Source of the DNA: Giardia intestinalis
Lineage: Eukaryota
NCBI GenBank assembly: GCA_000002435.2
Contig: CM018793.1
Reading direction: 5' to 3' (one strand)
DNA: 64,000 nucleotides
Each line of letters begins with the position of its first letter. Position 1 is the first letter of the stretch. Positions 61,176 to 64,000 of this stretch are shown in pieces. The notes under the pieces are model-generated. The model was not told the origin of the DNA and did not search any database. It saw only the letters and a program-made list of their open reading frames with translations. The position numbers and the translations under genes are program-made.

Positions 61176-64000
61176 CATGGCTCAATCTGTCCGGGTCAAT
61201 AGCCGCGGGGAGAGCCTGAAAGCGATTGATAAACGACTTACGACTCTCCTAAATTCGGGGTACGAGTCGTTTCAGCGCTCTCTCATAATTATCGTGGGGG
61301 ATGGGGGGCTTTATCAAGTCCCTAATTTATTTAGCATCCTGAAGATGACAAGGACCTCGCAGCTTTCTATCATGTGGTGTTATGATGAGATGCCGAAGCT
61401 TTCATCGAACAAGCGGAAACGCAACAAGGAGTTCCGACAACTTAAAAACCGTGGAGAGCTGCAAGAAGAAGAACTGTCCGTAGAGGCCCAGTTCTATGCT
61501 AATACAAATATACGCTACTTGCACTATCGAGACACAGAGCTGGCCTTGGGAACTACAGTCGACATGCTTATTCTCCAAGATTTTAAGGCCCTCACACCAA
61601 ATATCATTGGCCAGACCGTTGAGTGTGTGCGCGGCGGCGGGCTTATCCTGTTCTTACTCAATAATATGCATGACCTTTCTCAGCTCCACGCAGTAGTGAT
61701 GAATTTCCACTCACGCTTTTCAAACATCAATAATCGTGAGGTGTCAAATGACTTGCATATTAAGGCACGCTTTAACTCTAGATTTATTGCATTGCTGGAG
61801 TATCTCCCACGATTTCTGCTTGTTAATGACACGCTTGAGGTGATACAGATCACCGAGGGTATTCAGAATCTGATGACAAATTTGAGTGCACAAGATGGCA
61901 GCGTTGAAAAGCGTGTTGCTGCTTTCACGGCCTATAAAAACGAACATAAGTCGTCTTCACTACTCGCAAAAACGTTCATATCTCTCTGTGCTACGCTAGA
62001 GCAGGCTAAACTTGTTATCCAGGTCCTTGAAATGTTGGATAATGTGGATAGGATACGCAAACTAGCTGACAAGAATGCCATGCTCGAAAAGGAGCCTGTT
62101 GAACGTGATGGCAAAGGGCCACGGGAGCCATCCCGCAAGCGATACTTTGTGCGCGAGAAAGAGACGTATACTCGAGAGGATATCGCAGAAAGTAGTGTTG
62201 ACCAGGATGTTGACGCATCACTAGAAGAGCAGAACGCGGGCCACGAGCTGCTTCAGACCCTCACTCAAAATGCCAATGCGTTGGCGACTGCGACGCGTTT
62301 CCCCATCTGCTCACTTATTGCGGCCAGAGGACGTGGGAAGTCAGCATCGTTAGGCTTGATTGTGGCTTTGATGATTTTCCAGGGGTACAACCATGTTCTC
62401 ATCTCTGCTCCAAATCCCATCAATGTCCAGACCGTGTTCGAATTCTGTATTATCGGCCTCAAAGCTCTTGATTATCAAGAAGCACGGGATTACACTGTAA
62501 GACGTGCGGGCCCAAAGGCAACCGACCCTATCATTGAACTTCGAATCACACGCAAGGTAAAGCAAGTTATTGCGTATATAATGCCGTCCACATTGGCTAC
62601 TTACTGCCAAGCCAACGAAAGAGCATCAAGCTCTATATTGAATTTCATTGACGCCATTCTATTGGACGAGTGTGCAGCGATACCTTTAAAGTTAGTGAGA
62701 CAGATTGTGGACAACGTTGAGGCAAATATGCTCTGCTTTATCTCCAGTACTTGCTATGGATATGAAGCATCGGGACGTGCACTGTCTCTGAAACTCCTTC
62801 ACGACCTTGAAAGAAGCGGCTCTAAGCGAGGACAGGGGCTTGTGAAATTGTCGCTGAACGAACCCATACGTTATGCCCCCAATGATAGCATCGAAAAGTG
62901 GGTTAACCAGCTTCTTTGTCTGGACCAGGTGAATGGGCTGGTAACGTCTCTTGAAGAAGGCCCCGAAATCGCTGCGTCATTTCCACAGCCTCAGTCGTGC
63001 ACCTTATACCGCGTCAACAAGGATGCCCTATTCTCTGGGCTTCCGCAATCCGAATTATTTTTGCAGACCATCTGGAGCATATTTTCTGCTTCGCACTATA
63101 AGAATTCTCCCAACGACCTCATATTGCTCTCCGACAACCCTCTGCACGAGATTTTTGTCCTGTGCCCTCCAATCACAGACTCTAAGCGAATACCAACTGT
63201 ATTGTGTGCATGTCAAATCTGCTACGAAGGAAAACTGAAGCAGAACATCGTCAAGGAGGCGCTGAGCCAGCAGAAGCGCCTAGATGGTGACATGATTGCA
63301 TGGCTCCTCTCCCAACAATTCCAAGATGTTAGTTTCTCATCTCTCAGTGGCGCCCGAGTTGTACGCATAGCGACGAATGCTTCGTACATGCGTGGAGGAT
63401 ATGGGTCTCACACTCTAGAACTGCTCTCCTCCTTTTTCAAGGGAGAGCTTCTAAATCCCACCGAAATTAAAAGGTTGGAAGCGAAAAAGAAGGAAAGGAT
63501 AGAGAAGCTTGCTAAGCAGAAGGGAATTAGTATCAATGATGCAAAACAGGAGATTGAAGCCCTTACTCCAGCCCTTCTCCAGAACTGTGGCACAGTGTAT
63601 CCGTCCGATCTCACGTGGCTCGGCGTAGGATTTGGGATTACCCTCGACTTGCTAAACTTCTGGAGGAAAAATCAGTATCTTCCAGTGTACATCCGGCAGA
63701 CGCGCAATGAGACAACCGGGGAACACACCTGCCTTATGGTCCGTAGCTTAAAGGAAAATCCATTCATCAACAACTTTGCAACTAGTTTCCGTAGCAGATT
63801 TCTACGCCTCTTGCGCTATGATTTTGCAGAACTCCCTATTGAAATTGCCTTTAAGGTCAGCTGGCCTACTAATACCGTGGCGTTGGCCCACGATGCAGAT
63901 CAAGTAGCAATACGAGCTGCCCTAACAAAGCAAGACGTGGTTCGCCTTCGAGGCTTTGTTCGGCACCAGCTCGACTTCATGGCTGTTCGGGATTTGGTGC
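61176..64000 (+). CDS. NAT10: RNA cytidine acetyltransferase NAT10/Kre33 (partial, runs off the 3' window edge)
   Basis: Manual translation from ATG 61176 is stop-free to the window end. NAT10 hallmarks: LIIIVGDGG; NIRYLHYRDTE; LQDFKALTPN; Walker-A-like AARGRGKSASLGL; LDECAAIPL; GYEASGRALSLKL; SHYKNSPNDL; acetyltransferase motif RVVRIATNASYMRGGYGS; tRNA-binding tail. Confidence 0.85.

Overview
This window reads as a single-exon, gene-dense eukaryotic chromosome segment of Giardia (diplomonad) type. The evidence is a textbook variant-specific surface protein (signal peptide, many CXXC motifs, a GGCY motif, C-terminal TM plus invariant CRGKA tail, 42624..44534), several high-cysteine EGF-like (HCMP-type) proteins, 'protein 21.1'-type ankyrin proteins, a NEK-type kinase relic, AGTRAAY poly(A) signals that overlap or closely follow stop codons, spacers of 16-150 bp between genes and short AT-rich initiator regions. 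There is no CRISPR, no rRNA/tRNA and no prokaryotic operon structure. The window falls into three parts. (i) 1-27.2 kb is a dense housekeeping block: Pescadillo, BOP1/Erb1, eIF5A, dyskerin/Cbf5, RPL27a, CDK1, a MAP2K, ornithine cyclodeaminase, a Nup98-like FG nucleoporin, a PQ-loop transporter, a Yip1-like protein, a 1649-aa RING-H2 protein and a TPR protein. (ii) 27.2-55.6 kb is a variable surface-antigen region: a 1691-aa HCMP, one intact VSP, a second HCMP, a frameshifted NEK-kinase/ankyrin pseudogene and a stop-interrupted ankyrin gene. Its most unusual content is a roughly 17.4-kb gene-poor island (about 33.3-51.2 kb) bounded by about 330-bp direct repeats. The island contains about 8.7 kb with no ORF longer than 130 codons and a roughly 2.1-kb palindromic GC-rich element with long degenerate inverted repeats. 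(iii) 55.6-64 kb returns to housekeeping genes: Pus7, an RCK/CDKL-like kinase, a coiled-coil protein and NAT10 running off the end. A caveat on the ORF track: it uses non-ATG starts (GTG/TTG) and omits ORFs that run off the window edge. I therefore moved six starts to the first ATG and added two edge-truncated genes (1..1269 minus; 61176..64000 plus). Positions I derived by hand rather than from the track may be off by 1-2 bp.
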